From NCBI GenBank assembly GCA_021805825.1, contig JAJZEC010000007.1, positions 25,864 through 89,863 on the forward strand: 64,000 nucleotides of DNA, in the 5' to 3' direction. A program made the position numbers and the translations under genes. Every line of letters starts with the position of its first letter. The first letter of the stretch is position 1. This document shows, piece by piece, positions 27,550-37,290 of this stretch. Below the pieces are notes generated by a model, which was given only the letters and a program-made list of their open reading frames with translations, was not told the DNA's origin and did no database searches. This DNA is from Pseudomonadota bacterium. Its GTDB lineage: Bacteria > Pseudomonadota > Gammaproteobacteria > Burkholderiales > Burkholderiaceae_C.

Positions 27550-29193
27550 ATGCGCCACCACCGAATCACCCTGGCCCTGCTGGGAACCGCCGCGCTTGCC
27601 GGATGCGGCGGGGGCACATCGTCTGCACCGCCGGCGGTGCAGGCGCTTGCGTCGACCTTTTCGGCAAGCGCCAGCCAGTTCACCGCGGCGCTGAACGCCG
27701 GGGGGAGCAGCGGCCAGGCGGTGCTGGCTCTGGCCACCGGAGACCCCACCCTGGCCACCCCGTTGCCGTGCGGGGTCAGTGTGTACCACTACAGTTTCAA
27801 CACCGTCGACGGCCAGGGCCAGCCGACCACCGCGTCGGCCGCGCTGATGCTGCCCACCGGATCGGCCAGCATCTGCTCCGGGGCGCGCCCGATGCTGGAA
27901 TACGCCCACGGAACGAATTTCTACCGCAGCTACAACCTGGCCGCTCTCGGCGACTCCACCAACCCGGCGTACGGCGAAGCTACGCTGATCGCCGCCATGT
28001 ACGCGGCCAATGGCTACATCGTGGTGGCCCCCAACTACGAGGGCTACGACACCTCCACCCTGAGCTACCACCCCTACCTGGTGGGCAAGGCGCAGTCGCA
28101 GGACATGATCGACGCGCTGGCGGGCGGCAGGGCCGCGCTGTCCATGCTGGGGTCGACGGTCTCCGACGACGGCAAGCTGTTCCTCACCGGCTATTCCCAG
28201 GGCGGCTACGTGGCGCTGGCCACCGAGAAGGCGATGCAGCAGCAGGGCATGACCGTCACCGCGGCATCCCCCGGTTCGGGCCCCTACGCGCTGGAGGCGC
28301 TGGTCGACTACATCTTCCTGGGCCACCCGGATCTGGGGGCTCCGCAGTTCGGCAGCCTGCTGGTCGAGGCCTACCAGGCCAGCTACGGCAACATCTACAG
28401 CTCCACCTCCCAGGTGTTCGCCAACAACCTGTACACCCCGCTGCCCTACCCCAGCGCGGCGGCCGCGACGGCCAGCCCGGTGACCGTGACCACGCCGATG
28501 TTCTCGGCCACCGCGCCCACCGCCAGCGACGTCACCCAGCCTTCGGCCGCGTTGGCCGATGCGATGGCGGCGGTGTTTCCCGATACCGTTCCGCCGTGGG
28601 GCAACACCCCGACCACCCCCGACTCCTCGGTGATCAACCAGACCCTGTGGACGGGGTTGTTCGACACCACGGGAACCGCCCTGCCCTCGGATGCCTACGG
28701 GGCCGGCTTCTCCACGCTGTGGTCCACGTATTTCTCGAGCAGCAGCAACTACCTGATCAACCCGACCTTCCGCGCCAACTACCTGGCCGACGTGGTGGCC
28801 AACCCCGACGGGTTGTTCGCGGGAACCACCGGCTTGCCCAGCACCAGCGCCGCCGAAGCCTTCCGCCAGGATCTGGCGGCCAACGACCTGCGCGGCTACA
28901 AGCCGACCTCGCCGACCATGCTGTGCGGCGGGAGCAGCGACCCGATCGTCTACTACCCGCTGGACACCGGGGTGATGCAGCAGGAATGGGGAACTCCCAC
29001 CAACACCCTGTTCTCCCTGGACGTGGATCCGGCGAGCTTGCCGACCAGCGGGCCGACCCTGCCCTTCAAGGCCATCCAGCAGGCCTTCCAGGCGTGGAAG
29101 AGCAGCAACCCGAGCACCGAAGTGGTCAATTACCACGGCACGGTCGGGGTGTACTGCGCTGCGGCGGCCAGGGAGTTCTTCGCCGGCTTCTAG
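27550..29193 (+). CDS. Lipoprotein alpha/beta-hydrolase (secreted lipase-like)
   Basis: GGAG RBS; LAGC lipobox; YAHGT, VVAPNYEG, GYSQGG nucleophile elbow, candidate Asp (DPIVY) and His (NYHG). Confidence 0.85.
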   Translation: MRHHRITLALLGTAALAGCGGGTSSAPPAVQALASTFSASASQFTAALNAGGSSGQAVLALATGDPTLATPLPCGVSVYHYSFNTVDGQGQPTTASAALMLPTGSASICSGARPMLEYAHGTNFYRSYNLAALGDSTNPAYGEATLIAAMYAANGYIVVAPNYEGYDTSTLSYHPYLVGKAQSQDMIDALAGGRAALSMLGSTVSDDGKLFLTGYSQGGYVALATEKAMQQQGMTVTAASPGSGPYALEALVDYIFLGHPDLGAPQFGSLLVEAYQASYGNIYSSTSQVFANNLYTPLPYPSAAAATASPVTVTTPMFSATAPTASDVTQPSAALADAMAAVFPDTVPPWGNTPTTPDSSVINQTLWTGLFDTTGTALPSDAYGAGFSTLWSTYFSSSSNYLINPTFRANYLADVVANPDGLFAGTTGLPSTSAAEAFRQDLAANDLRGYKPTSPTMLCGGSSDPIVYYPLDTGVMQQEWGTPTNTLFSLDVDPASLPTSGPTLPFKAIQQAFQAWKSSNPSTEVVNYHGTVGVYCAAAAREFFAGF

Positions 29194-29217
29194 TGTCCGG
29201 TTCGGCGGGACAGGACA

Positions 29218-29514
29218 CTAGCTGCGCATCGCCGTCGGGCCCCCCATGCCGGACGGCCCTCCGGGGCCGCCCGGATGCGGGCGGCACGTGCGCAGTTGCC
29301 GGGGATCCTGCGCCTGCTCGACGCATTGCATGGCCTGCTGCATGCGCTGCAGGATCATCTGCTTGCGCCGGGCAAAGCGCTGCGGGTTGAACGACCGCGG
29401 CTGGCTCATGCCCGGCCCGCCAGGCGCCTGGCCCTGCGGGGCCGCCTGCTGCGCGAACGCCATTGCGCTGCCGGCGGCAAGCGCGAGGGCCAAGGCGATG
29501 GGAAGAACTTTCAT
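29218..29514 (-). CDS. Small secreted protein with a Cys pair
   Basis: Signal MKVLPIALALALAAGSAMA; helical core QQAMQCVEQAQDPRQLRTC; Gly/Pro-rich ends. Confidence 0.65.
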   Translation of the reverse strand: MKVLPIALALALAAGSAMAFAQQAAPQGQAPGGPGMSQPRSFNPQRFARRKQMILQRMQQAMQCVEQAQDPRQLRTCRPHPGGPGGPSGMGGPTAMRS

Positions 29515-29631
29515 GGTCGCTCCGGAAGAGGTTGCGGAAATCTGCGCAACGCTTTCGTTGCGCGTTCTGCCGACAGCGGTAGCCATTGGTTGCATGGGCC
29601 CGGCGACCTGCGCTTGCCGCCGCGACCTCCC

Positions 29632-30618
29632 CTACCGCGCAGCGCGATCCTTCCACGCGGCGGCTCCCGGCAGGCCCTGCTTGCGCGCGACGATGGCATC
29701 CACGGCGCGCAGGAACTGCCGGGTCTGCTCGACCGACTGCGCTTCGATGCGCTCCATCTCCTCGCGCAGCGCGCCCAGTGTCGACCGCGCCCAGGCGGCG
29801 TCGTCGACGCCGTAGGCGATGCCGTAGCGATCGGCCTCGCGCGGCCGCCAGGCCAGCCTGTCCACGCCTTCCTCGGGAACCACCACCGACAGGCAGCCGC
29901 ACAGCGCGGCGTAGCGCGAGAGCATGGTGTAGGGGTCGTAGGAATAGCAGACCTTGACCCGCGAGAACACCTCGGCCATCTGCTGGTCGCTCATGTCGTC
30001 CACGCAGATCGAATCGGCCATGTCATGCACCATGCGGCGCCCGCGACCCTTGCGCAGGATGTAGCAGGAACCGCTTCTCGGTGCCGCAGGCTCGGGCTCG
30101 CGGAAGATGTCCGTCTTCAGGATCTGGCAGCGCAATTCCAGATGCGGTACGTCGGCAGGGCTGCCCTCTCCAAAGTGCTGGGCGTAGGTGAGCAAGAGAT
30201 CCGTCTCGCCGAGTTCGGTCTCGCCCGTGAAAAAGCCTGGCCGGTGCAGCAGCCAGCGCACCACGACGGGCGCGCGAAGCGGGTTGCCCGCGACGATTTC
30301 CGGATAGATCGCGACGAAGTCGCGCGGCAGGCGCCGCGAGTAGGGCGCATGCAGGTGCCTGGGACGCTGGAGCCGGTAGCCCAGGAACTGCTTCAGCAGC
30401 CATCGCCAGCGACACAGGAAGCACCCCCCGAATGCCCGCAGGGTACGCGCCTCGCGGAATTCCTGGCAGAAGAAGCCCGGGAACACTGACGCCTGCCTCC
30501 CCAGGCTGTTGATCAGATGGCACAACTTGTGGATGACCAGGGATCCGCCGATGCTCTCGTCATAGAGCGGCCCATACAGGACCAAAGGCAAGCCCTCCCC
30601 CCCATGCTCCTTGTTCAT
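29632..30618 (-). CDS. WavQ-like polysaccharide-locus protein (possible degenerate GT-B enzyme)
   Basis: GGSLVIHKLCHLIN, IYPEIVAGNPL..PVVVRWLLHRPG, YILRKG, SYDPYTML..YAALCGCLSVVVP resemble WavQ-type proteins as recalled. Start at ATG 30618. Confidence 0.6.
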   Translation of the reverse strand: MNKEHGGEGLPLVLYGPLYDESIGGSLVIHKLCHLINSLGRQASVFPGFFCQEFREARTLRAFGGCFLCRWRWLLKQFLGYRLQRPRHLHAPYSRRLPRDFVAIYPEIVAGNPLRAPVVVRWLLHRPGFFTGETELGETDLLLTYAQHFGEGSPADVPHLELRCQILKTDIFREPEPAAPRSGSCYILRKGRGRRMVHDMADSICVDDMSDQQMAEVFSRVKVCYSYDPYTMLSRYAALCGCLSVVVPEEGVDRLAWRPREADRYGIAYGVDDAAWARSTLGALREEMERIEAQSVEQTRQFLRAVDAIVARKQGLPGAAAWKDRAAR

Positions 30619-31053
30619 TCGCCGTTTCTGGTCGTGTGCCTTCGCCCGCTGCTCGCATGCCGAGCGCCTTGCGGTGCTGCCCCCGATCGCCCGATCACTG
30701 CTGCCACGACGGAATGCGCGAACCGCTTGCTCGATCACCCCCGGGGCAGCCCTGGGCGTCGCGCCAGGGCAGCGACATCGGATGGAGCCAGGTTCCGGAC
30801 CGGCAAGCCGCACCGATCGGCGGGCCGTGGCCTGCAGCGAGTCGCCTCGCGCCGCGCGTGGTGACGCGCAACCGTCATAGCCTAGCAACGTTCGACAGGA
30901 ATGGATTCCCCGGGGAGCATGAATTTCCCGCAATCCGGGGTTGCCGTGCAACGCGATGGCAACCGCTTGCCGGTTCGTATACTGCGCACGGTGCGCATGG
31001 AATGCGCTCCGGTTCCCTCCGCGAAACACCCACCCCGGCGGCCACACCGCTCG

Positions 31054-32181
31054 ATGAACGACAGCAAGACCTACGTCACCCGCCCCTGGTTGCCGCCGTT
31101 GTCGGAGTTCCTGCCGTACCTGGAGGAAATCTGGCGCAACAAGACCCTGACCAACAACGGCCCGTTCCACCAGCGTTTCGAGGCCGCGCTGTGCGAGCAC
31201 CTGGGGGTCGAGCATGTCTCGCTGTTCTGCAACGGCACCATCGCCCTCGTGACCGCGCTGCAGGCGCTGGGCATCGAGGGCGAGGTGATCACGACCCCGT
31301 ACTCCTTCGTGGCCACCGTGCACAGCCTGGTGTGGAACCGCATCGAGCCGGTGTTCGTCGACATCGATCCGCACAGCTGCAACCTCGACCCCCGCGCCAT
31401 CGAGGCCGCGATCACGCCGCGCACGACGGCGATCCTGCCGGTGCACTGCTACGGCACGCCGTGCGCGGTGGACGAGATCCAGGCGGTGGCCGATCGCCAT
31501 GGGCTGCGCGTGCTGTACGACGCCGCGCATGCCTTCGGCGTGCGCCAGCACGGCCGCAGCCTGCTCGCCCACGGCGACATGTCGGTGCTGAGCTTCCATG
31601 CGACCAAGGTGTTCCAGACCTTCGAGGGCGGAGCGGTGATCTGCAGGGATGCGCGCTCCAAGGCGCAGGTCGATTACCTGAAGAATTTCGGCTTCGCCAA
31701 CGAGGTCACGGTGGTGGCCACCGGAATCAACGGCAAGATGAGCGAGGTCAACGCGGCCTTCGGCCTGCTGCAGCTCGAACATGTGGATCAGGCGCTGGCG
31801 CTGCGCGCGGCCGTCGACGCGCGCTACCGCGAGCAACTGGCGCTTGTGGAAGGCGTGCATTGCCTGCCGCGCGCGCCGGTGGACACCGACAACCATGCCT
31901 ATTTCCCGGTGCTGGTGACGGCCGGGGAGACGGTGCGCGACCGGGTGTACGCGTACCTCAGGCAGCATGGGGTTTTCGCCCGCCGCTATTTCTATCCCTT
32001 GATCTCGGATTTCCCGATGTACCGCAATCTGCCGTCGGCGGCGCCGGAACGCCTGCCGGTGGCCCGCAGCGTCGCGCAGCAGATCCTGTGCCTGCCGATC
32101 TTTCCGGATCTGCCGCTCGACAAGGTGGACGAGATCTGCCGCCTGCTGGCGCTTGCGCTGGAGTCGCGGCATGCTGCCTGA
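31054..32181 (+). CDS. vioA: DegT-family aminotransferase, VioA-like (dTDP-4-amino-4,6-dideoxyglucose synthase)
   Basis: YVTRPWLPPL, LTNNGPFH, TPYSFVAT, YDAAHAFG, LSFHATKVFQTFEGG, GINGKMSE, RRYFYP. Confidence 0.8.
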   Translation: MNDSKTYVTRPWLPPLSEFLPYLEEIWRNKTLTNNGPFHQRFEAALCEHLGVEHVSLFCNGTIALVTALQALGIEGEVITTPYSFVATVHSLVWNRIEPVFVDIDPHSCNLDPRAIEAAITPRTTAILPVHCYGTPCAVDEIQAVADRHGLRVLYDAAHAFGVRQHGRSLLAHGDMSVLSFHATKVFQTFEGGAVICRDARSKAQVDYLKNFGFANEVTVVATGINGKMSEVNAAFGLLQLEHVDQALALRAAVDARYREQLALVEGVHCLPRAPVDTDNHAYFPVLVTAGETVRDRVYAYLRQHGVFARRYFYPLISDFPMYRNLPSAAPERLPVARSVAQQILCLPIFPDLPLDKVDEICRLLALALESRHAA

Positions 32182-33106
32182 GGGGGAACGTTTCGACCTC
32201 GTCGAGCCCGTTGCGCTGGCCGAACTGGACGAACTGGACGCTGTAGGCGCGCGGCCGGGGCCGCACGCCAGCGTGCGCGGCCTGGCGCTGCTCGGCCACG
32301 GGCAGGAAGGCGATCTCTCGTTCTGCGACCGGGCGCCGGCGCCTTCGCTGGTGCTGCGGGCGGGCAGCTGGGTGCTGAGCACCGAGGCGCTGGCCGCCGA
32401 CTTGCGCGCGCGCTTCCCGCAGGTCGGGTGGCTGGTCGCCGAGGACCCGCGGGCGGTGTTCATCGACTTCGGGCATGCGCTGCTGGCGCGCGAGGCGGTG
32501 GCGGTCGACGCGCGCCTGCCGCGCCCCTTCGGCATCGACCCCGGCGCGCAGGTCGGGCCGCATGCCGTGGTGCACCCGCACAGCCGCATCGAGGCCGGGG
32601 CGCGCATCGGCGCGCATTGCGTGATCCATCGCGGCAGCTGGATCGGGCCGCGCGCGGTGATCCGCGACCACGCGGTGGTCGGCGTCGAGGGCATCAACGC
32701 CTATCGCGGCGCCGACGGCCGGGTGCGCAGCTTTCCGCATTTCGCCGGGGTGCTGGTCGGCGCGGATGCCGAGGTCGGTGCCGGCGCGGTGCTGGTCAAG
32801 GGCATCCTGACGCACACCCGGGTGGGCGCCCGCTCCATCATCGGCAACCTGTGCAACGTGGGGCATGGGGTCGAGGTCGGCGAAGGCGTGTGGATGTCGG
32901 TGGGCTGCCTGGTCGGCGGCCACAGCGCGATCGGTGCCGGCGCCACGCTGGGCCTCGGGGTGCGGGTGCGGGACAATCTGCGGATCGGCGCCGGAGCCAG
33001 CGTCGGCATGGGCAGCGTGGTCGTGCGCCCGGTGCCGCCGGCGGCCTCGGTGTTCGGCAACCCGGCCCGCGCCATGCCGGCGGTGCAGGCCGGCCCCGCG
33101 CGATAG
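32171..33106 (+). CDS. Hexapeptide-repeat acyltransferase with LpxD-like N-terminal domain
   Basis: EGDLSF and EDPRAVF N-terminal domain; IG/VG hexapeptide repeats; IGNLCNVGHGVEVG (His at the LpxD catalytic position); GNPARA. Confidence 0.8.
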   Translation: MLPEGERFDLVEPVALAELDELDAVGARPGPHASVRGLALLGHGQEGDLSFCDRAPAPSLVLRAGSWVLSTEALAADLRARFPQVGWLVAEDPRAVFIDFGHALLAREAVAVDARLPRPFGIDPGAQVGPHAVVHPHSRIEAGARIGAHCVIHRGSWIGPRAVIRDHAVVGVEGINAYRGADGRVRSFPHFAGVLVGADAEVGAGAVLVKGILTHTRVGARSIIGNLCNVGHGVEVGEGVWMSVGCLVGGHSAIGAGATLGLGVRVRDNLRIGAGASVGMGSVVVRPVPPAASVFGNPARAMPAVQAGPAR

Positions 33107-33114
33107 GAGCCGCG

Positions 33115-33699
33115 ATGGATCTTCGCCTGGAATTGCCGTTCAAGGGAGACCGCAACTACCTGCACGGCACCGACATCCACGATGCCGTGCGCGACGCCGT
33201 ACGGAACCGGTGGGGCGAGGCCGAGGCCGTCGATCTGTCCTTCCACCGCCTGGCGCGGCACGCGCTGCGGCTGCGCGACGAGGCGCCGGCTCAGGAGGCG
33301 ATGGCCGTCTGCCGCTGCAGGGCCGGCGGCGGCGCACGGCAACTGTGGGTGGTCGAAACGGAGGAGCCGGTGCAGGGCCGCAGGCCCTACGACGAAGAGG
33401 CGGTCGTCGCCCCGATGCAGGTCGACCACGACCGTCGCGTGGCCGTGCTCGACGGCGACCGCGCGCGCACCGACATCGAGACCTGGGTGGCGATGACCAA
33501 GCGCCTGCACCAGCTGGCGCTGCCCGATCTGCGCGGCAGATGGCTGTTCGTGCGCGCGCGCCTGCCGCGCTTCGGCGGCGCCGGCGGGCCGGCCCGGCGC
33601 GAGATCCGGATCGCCGCGGTGCTCGGCAACCGGCTGACCCGCAACGAACTGCTGCTCGACGGGAAGCCGGCGGGCGAGATCTACTTCGCGCTGGATTGA
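33115..33699 (+). CDS. Hypothetical protein of the acyl-sugar cassette
   Basis: GGAG RBS, 194 aa, FKGDRNYLHGTD motif; sits between the acyltransferase and KAS III with 8-10 nt gaps. Confidence 0.7.
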   Translation: MDLRLELPFKGDRNYLHGTDIHDAVRDAVRNRWGEAEAVDLSFHRLARHALRLRDEAPAQEAMAVCRCRAGGGARQLWVVETEEPVQGRRPYDEEAVVAPMQVDHDRRVAVLDGDRARTDIETWVAMTKRLHQLALPDLRGRWLFVRARLPRFGGAGGPARREIRIAAVLGNRLTRNELLLDGKPAGEIYFALD

Positions 33700-33709
33700 G
33701 GAGCCTGCA

Positions 33710-34636
33710 TTGATCGGATTGCGCGCCATCGCGACCTACCTGCCGCGGCAGCGGGACAGCAACCTCGAACTGCTCGAGCGCTTCGAGCTCGACGAGGCCT
33801 TCCTGCGCAACAAGATCGGCGTCGTCGAGCGCGCGCGGCGCGGCGCCGACGAGGACACCGTGGACATGGCGCACCGCGCGCTGGAGGCGCTGCTCGAGCG
33901 CAGCGGCCTGGCGCGCGAAAGCATCCAGGCCCTGGTGCTGGTGACGCAGAATCCGGATCGGCGCATCCCCCATGCCTCGCCGCTGGTGCACCGCAAGGCC
34001 GGGCTGCCCGAGTCCTGCGCCACCTTCGACCTGTCGCTGGGCTGTTCGGGCTATGTGTACGGCCTGTCGGTGCTGCGCGGCTTCCTGGAGGCGAACGGGC
34101 TGGAGCGCGGCGTGCTGCTGACCTGCGACCCGTACAGCAAGATCATCGACCCGCGGGACAAGGCCACCGTGCTGCTGTTCGGCGATGCCGCCAGCGCCAC
34201 CCTGCTCTGCCGCGACGAGCCCTTGTACGCGATTTCGGCGGGGGTGTTCGGCACGCAGGGAGACGCCGGCCGCGCGCTGGTGTGCGACAACGATCGCCTG
34301 GAGATGAACGGGCGCGCGGTGTTCAGCTTCGCCCTCACCGCGGCCTCGCAGAGCCTGGAGCAGTTGCTCGAGCGCGAGGGCCTGGCGCGCGAGGAGGTCG
34401 ATCTGTACGCCGTGCACCAGGGCAGCAAGTACATTGTCGACAGCCTGCAGCGGCGCATGCGCATCGACCCCGCGCGCATGCCCTTCGTGGCCGCCGGCGT
34501 CGGCAATGCGGTGTCTTCATCCATTCCGCTGCTGCTGGAACCGGTGCTGGCCGGTGCCGCGCCGCCGCGGCGCATTGCGCTGTGCGGCTTCGGCGTGGGC
34601 CTGTCGGTCGCCTCGTGCCTGCTGCAGCGTTCTTGA
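33710..34636 (+). CDS. 3-oxoacyl-ACP synthase III (FabH-like) family protein
   Basis: Cys-His-Asn triad LGCSGY, HQGS, GNAVSSS; LFGDAASA; GFGVGLS. TTG start with GAGGAG. Confidence 0.9.
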   Translation: MIGLRAIATYLPRQRDSNLELLERFELDEAFLRNKIGVVERARRGADEDTVDMAHRALEALLERSGLARESIQALVLVTQNPDRRIPHASPLVHRKAGLPESCATFDLSLGCSGYVYGLSVLRGFLEANGLERGVLLTCDPYSKIIDPRDKATVLLFGDAASATLLCRDEPLYAISAGVFGTQGDAGRALVCDNDRLEMNGRAVFSFALTAASQSLEQLLEREGLAREEVDLYAVHQGSKYIVDSLQRRMRIDPARMPFVAAGVGNAVSSSIPLLLEPVLAGAAPPRRIALCGFGVGLSVASCLLQRS

Positions 34637-34651
34637 AGAGGAATCCTCCCG

Positions 34652-34885
34652 ATGCCATCCCGCAGTGAACTGATCGCCCTTGCCGTGAACACCGGATTCG
34701 TCCCCGACCCCGGATCCTTCGACGCCGACAAGACCTTCGCGCAGAACGGAATCGATTCCCTGGACACCATGACCGTGCTGCTGGCCATCGAGGAGGCCGT
34801 CGGCGCCAAGTTCAGCGAAAGCGAGCTGGCCGCGATCCATTCGCTGGCCGACGTCGAGCGCACGCTGGCGCAGCGCGCCGCCTGA
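34652..34885 (+). CDS. Acyl carrier protein
   Basis: 77 aa, acidic, GIDSLD phosphopantetheine Ser; GAGGA RBS. Confidence 0.88.
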   Translation: MPSRSELIALAVNTGFVPDPGSFDADKTFAQNGIDSLDTMTVLLAIEEAVGAKFSESELAAIHSLADVERTLAQRAA

Positions 34886-34904
34886 AGCGGCGCGCCGCGC
34901 GCGC

Positions 34905-36242
34905 TCAGACGATCGACGTGCCGACCCCGAGCCTGCGGCGCACCTGCAGGTACATCAGTCCGTTCCACAGGATCATCGTGAGCAGCGTCGCGGTGGCCGC
35001 GCCCAGGCTGCCCCAGCGCGGGATCAGCAGCAGGTTGAGCGCGATGTTGAGCGCCGCGGCCACGCCCGCGGCGCGCGCCGCTGCGCCCTCGCCGCCGGTC
35101 ATGTTGAGCACCAGGCCGACGGAGCCGAAGCCGACGTTGATCAGCTGCGCGGCGCACAGCACGAGCATCGGCGCGTAGGCACCGGCATAGGCAGCACCGA
35201 GCACCGGGATGATCAGCCAGCGCGCGCCGACCGCGATGGCCAGCGCGACCAGCGCCGCGACCAGCAGGGTGCTGCGCGCGCTCAGCCGCAGCAGGCGCTG
35301 CAGCTTGCGGTGATCGCCATGGGTATGCAGGGTGACGACATGCTTGGCGATGAACAGGTTGGCGGCGTTCAGCGGCAGCACGACGAGCGAGGCCGCCTGC
35401 ACCGCGACGCGGTAGATGCCGGCGTCGCGCGCGCCGCCCAGCACCCCGAGCAGCAGCAGGTCGGCCTGCACGTTGATCAGCATCAGTCCGCCCATGAGGG
35501 CGAAGGGAACGACCGCGCGCAACCAGGCCGCGGTGTCGTGTTGCGCAGGGGCCTGCGCGACTTCGGGCGGGCGATGGCGCCGCAGCCAGTTGCGCGTGAC
35601 CAGCAGCACGACCGCGACGGCCGCGCCCTGCAGCAGCAGCACGGCCTGCGGGCCGAGCAGCGCCGGCCGCAGGAGCAGCGCGGCCGCCAGGAACAGCGCG
35701 AACAGCCAGGGGCGCAGCACACTGCCCGGCACCTGGCTGAGCACCCCGGGGTGCACGCCGCGCAGCGCGGCGGCGTAGAAGGTGCTGGTGGGCAGCAGCA
35801 GCAGCAGCAGCGCACTGGCGGCGATGGCCGGCGGCGAGATCGCGCCGTGGCCGTGCGCGCCGCCGAACAGCCCGAAGGCCAGCGCCAGCGCCGCGGTGGG
35901 CACCGCGTAGACCAGCGAGGCGCGCCAGGCCAGGCGCCACAAGCCGCGCAGGCGCGCCCAGTCGGAGGTGGCGCAGTATTGCGCCGTGTAGCGCAGCACG
36001 ACCTGGTCGAGCCCGCTCAGGGGCATCACCTGCACCAGGCCGATCGCGGCGCCGACGAAGCTGTAGATGCCGAAACCGACGGGGCCGAGGTGCCGCGCCA
36101 GGACGACGGCGACCAGGAACTGCAAGGGCAGCGCCTGCACCTGGATCAGCAGGCTGAAGGCACCGCCGCGGAACAAGGGGCTGCTGCGCAGGCGCTGCGC
36201 GTAGGCCAGCCAGGCGGCCAGGCGGGGGAACCGGCTGTTCAA
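34905..36242 (-). CDS. Second Wzx-like flippase
   Basis: LARHLGPVGFGIY, DLLLLG, AGIYRVA, QLINVGFGSVGLVLNMTG, LNLLLIPRWGSLGAA. TTG 36242 with GGAG chosen as start. Confidence 0.85.
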   Translation of the reverse strand: MNSRFPRLAAWLAYAQRLRSSPLFRGGAFSLLIQVQALPLQFLVAVVLARHLGPVGFGIYSFVGAAIGLVQVMPLSGLDQVVLRYTAQYCATSDWARLRGLWRLAWRASLVYAVPTAALALAFGLFGGAHGHGAISPPAIAASALLLLLLPTSTFYAAALRGVHPGVLSQVPGSVLRPWLFALFLAAALLLRPALLGPQAVLLLQGAAVAVVLLVTRNWLRRHRPPEVAQAPAQHDTAAWLRAVVPFALMGGLMLINVQADLLLLGVLGGARDAGIYRVAVQAASLVVLPLNAANLFIAKHVVTLHTHGDHRKLQRLLRLSARSTLLVAALVALAIAVGARWLIIPVLGAAYAGAYAPMLVLCAAQLINVGFGSVGLVLNMTGGEGAAARAAGVAAALNIALNLLLIPRWGSLGAATATLLTMILWNGLMYLQVRRRLGVGTSIV

Positions 36243-36342
36243 GGCCCGTCGCTCCAGGCCCGCGCACACCGCGCGCGCGGCGGTGGCGCGCCGACCAGCA
36301 GGCGCCCTCCGGGCGATGCGGTGCGGATGGTGGGATGCGTGC

Positions 36343-37290
36343 TCACCGCACGGATTGTGCCTGCTCTCCCGGGCCGCGCGGATCGCGGCCTCCGCCCTGC
36401 CCTGCACGCCCGGCGGCCCACTCCCGCAGCGGCGCGCAGGCGGCGACGAAGGGCGGATTGCGCCAATCCCCCCCCGGGGGGTAGCGCAGCGGCCGGCCCT
36501 GCAGGTCGTGCACGCAGCCGCCGGCGCCTTCGAGCACGGCCTGCGCGGCCGCGGTGTCCCACAGGCAGGTGGGGCCCAGGCGGGGGTAGACATGCGCCAG
36601 CCCCTGGGCGACGCGGCAGAACTTCAGGGAACTTCCGGCCTGCAGCAGTTCGCAGCGGCCCAGGCCCCGGATGAAGTCGGCGGTCGCCGCGTCGAGGTGG
36701 CTGCGGCTGGCCACCACGCGGCAGGGCTCGGCGGGCGCCGGGGGCGGGGCGACGTGGATCGGCCGCTCGCCCTGGGCGTCGCGCTGCCAGGCGCCGAGGC
36801 CGGGGCCGCCCCAGAAGCTCTGCCCCAGCGCCGGGGCGTGCACCACGCCCCAGACCACCACCCCGCCGCGCACGAGGGCGATGTTGACGCTGAACTCGCC
36901 GTTGCCGGCGAGGAATTCGCGGGTTCCGTCGAGCGGGTCGACCAGCCAGAAGGGCTGCCCGGCTTGCAGCGCAAGCTCGGGGCCTTCCTCGGACACCACC
37001 GCCACGTCGGAAAGCAGCCGCGGCAGCTGCTGCACGATCAACTGATGGGCCTCGAGGTCGGCGCGGGTCAGCGGGCTGCCGTCGGCCTTGTCGGCCAGGC
37101 GGGCGCCGGGAGCCCGGGGCGCGCAGGCTTCGCGGTGGTGCTGCTCGTACAGGCGCAGGATGCGCTGCCCGGCCTGCTCGGCCAACTCCAGCAGCTGCCG
37201 CACCAGGGTGGAGTCGGGCGCAGCAGCGATTGCGGAGCCTTGCGCGGCCGGGGTGGGTGTCGGGCTTTGTTGACGCATATTGTGATTCAT
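36343..37290 (-). CDS. cysQ: 3'(2'),5'-bisphosphate nucleotidase
   Basis: [55 protein letters not shown]. Confidence 0.93.
   Translation of the reverse strand: MNHNMRQQSPTPTPAAQGSAIAAAPDSTLVRQLLELAEQAGQRILRLYEQHHREACAPRAPGARLADKADGSPLTRADLEAHQLIVQQLPRLLSDVAVVSEEGPELALQAGQPFWLVDPLDGTREFLAGNGEFSVNIALVRGGVVVWGVVHAPALGQSFWGGPGLGAWQRDAQGERPIHVAPPPAPAEPCRVVASRSHLDAATADFIRGLGRCELLQAGSSLKFCRVAQGLAHVYPRLGPTCLWDTAAAQAVLEGAGGCVHDLQGRPLRYPPGGDWRNPPFVAACAPLREWAAGRAGQGGGRDPRGPGEQAQSVR

Noticed and set aside
30957-30970. Sigma-54 promoter upstream of vioA (TGGC-AACCGC-TTGC)
   Set aside because: GG-to-GC spacing is 9, not the required 10.
29632-32697. 1021-aa minus-strand ORF
   Set aside because: The portion above 30618 is antisense to vioA and the acyltransferase.
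32171-34885. Housekeeping lpxD, fabH and acpP
   Set aside because: Divergent sequences, no lpx/fab neighbours, embedded behind vioA.
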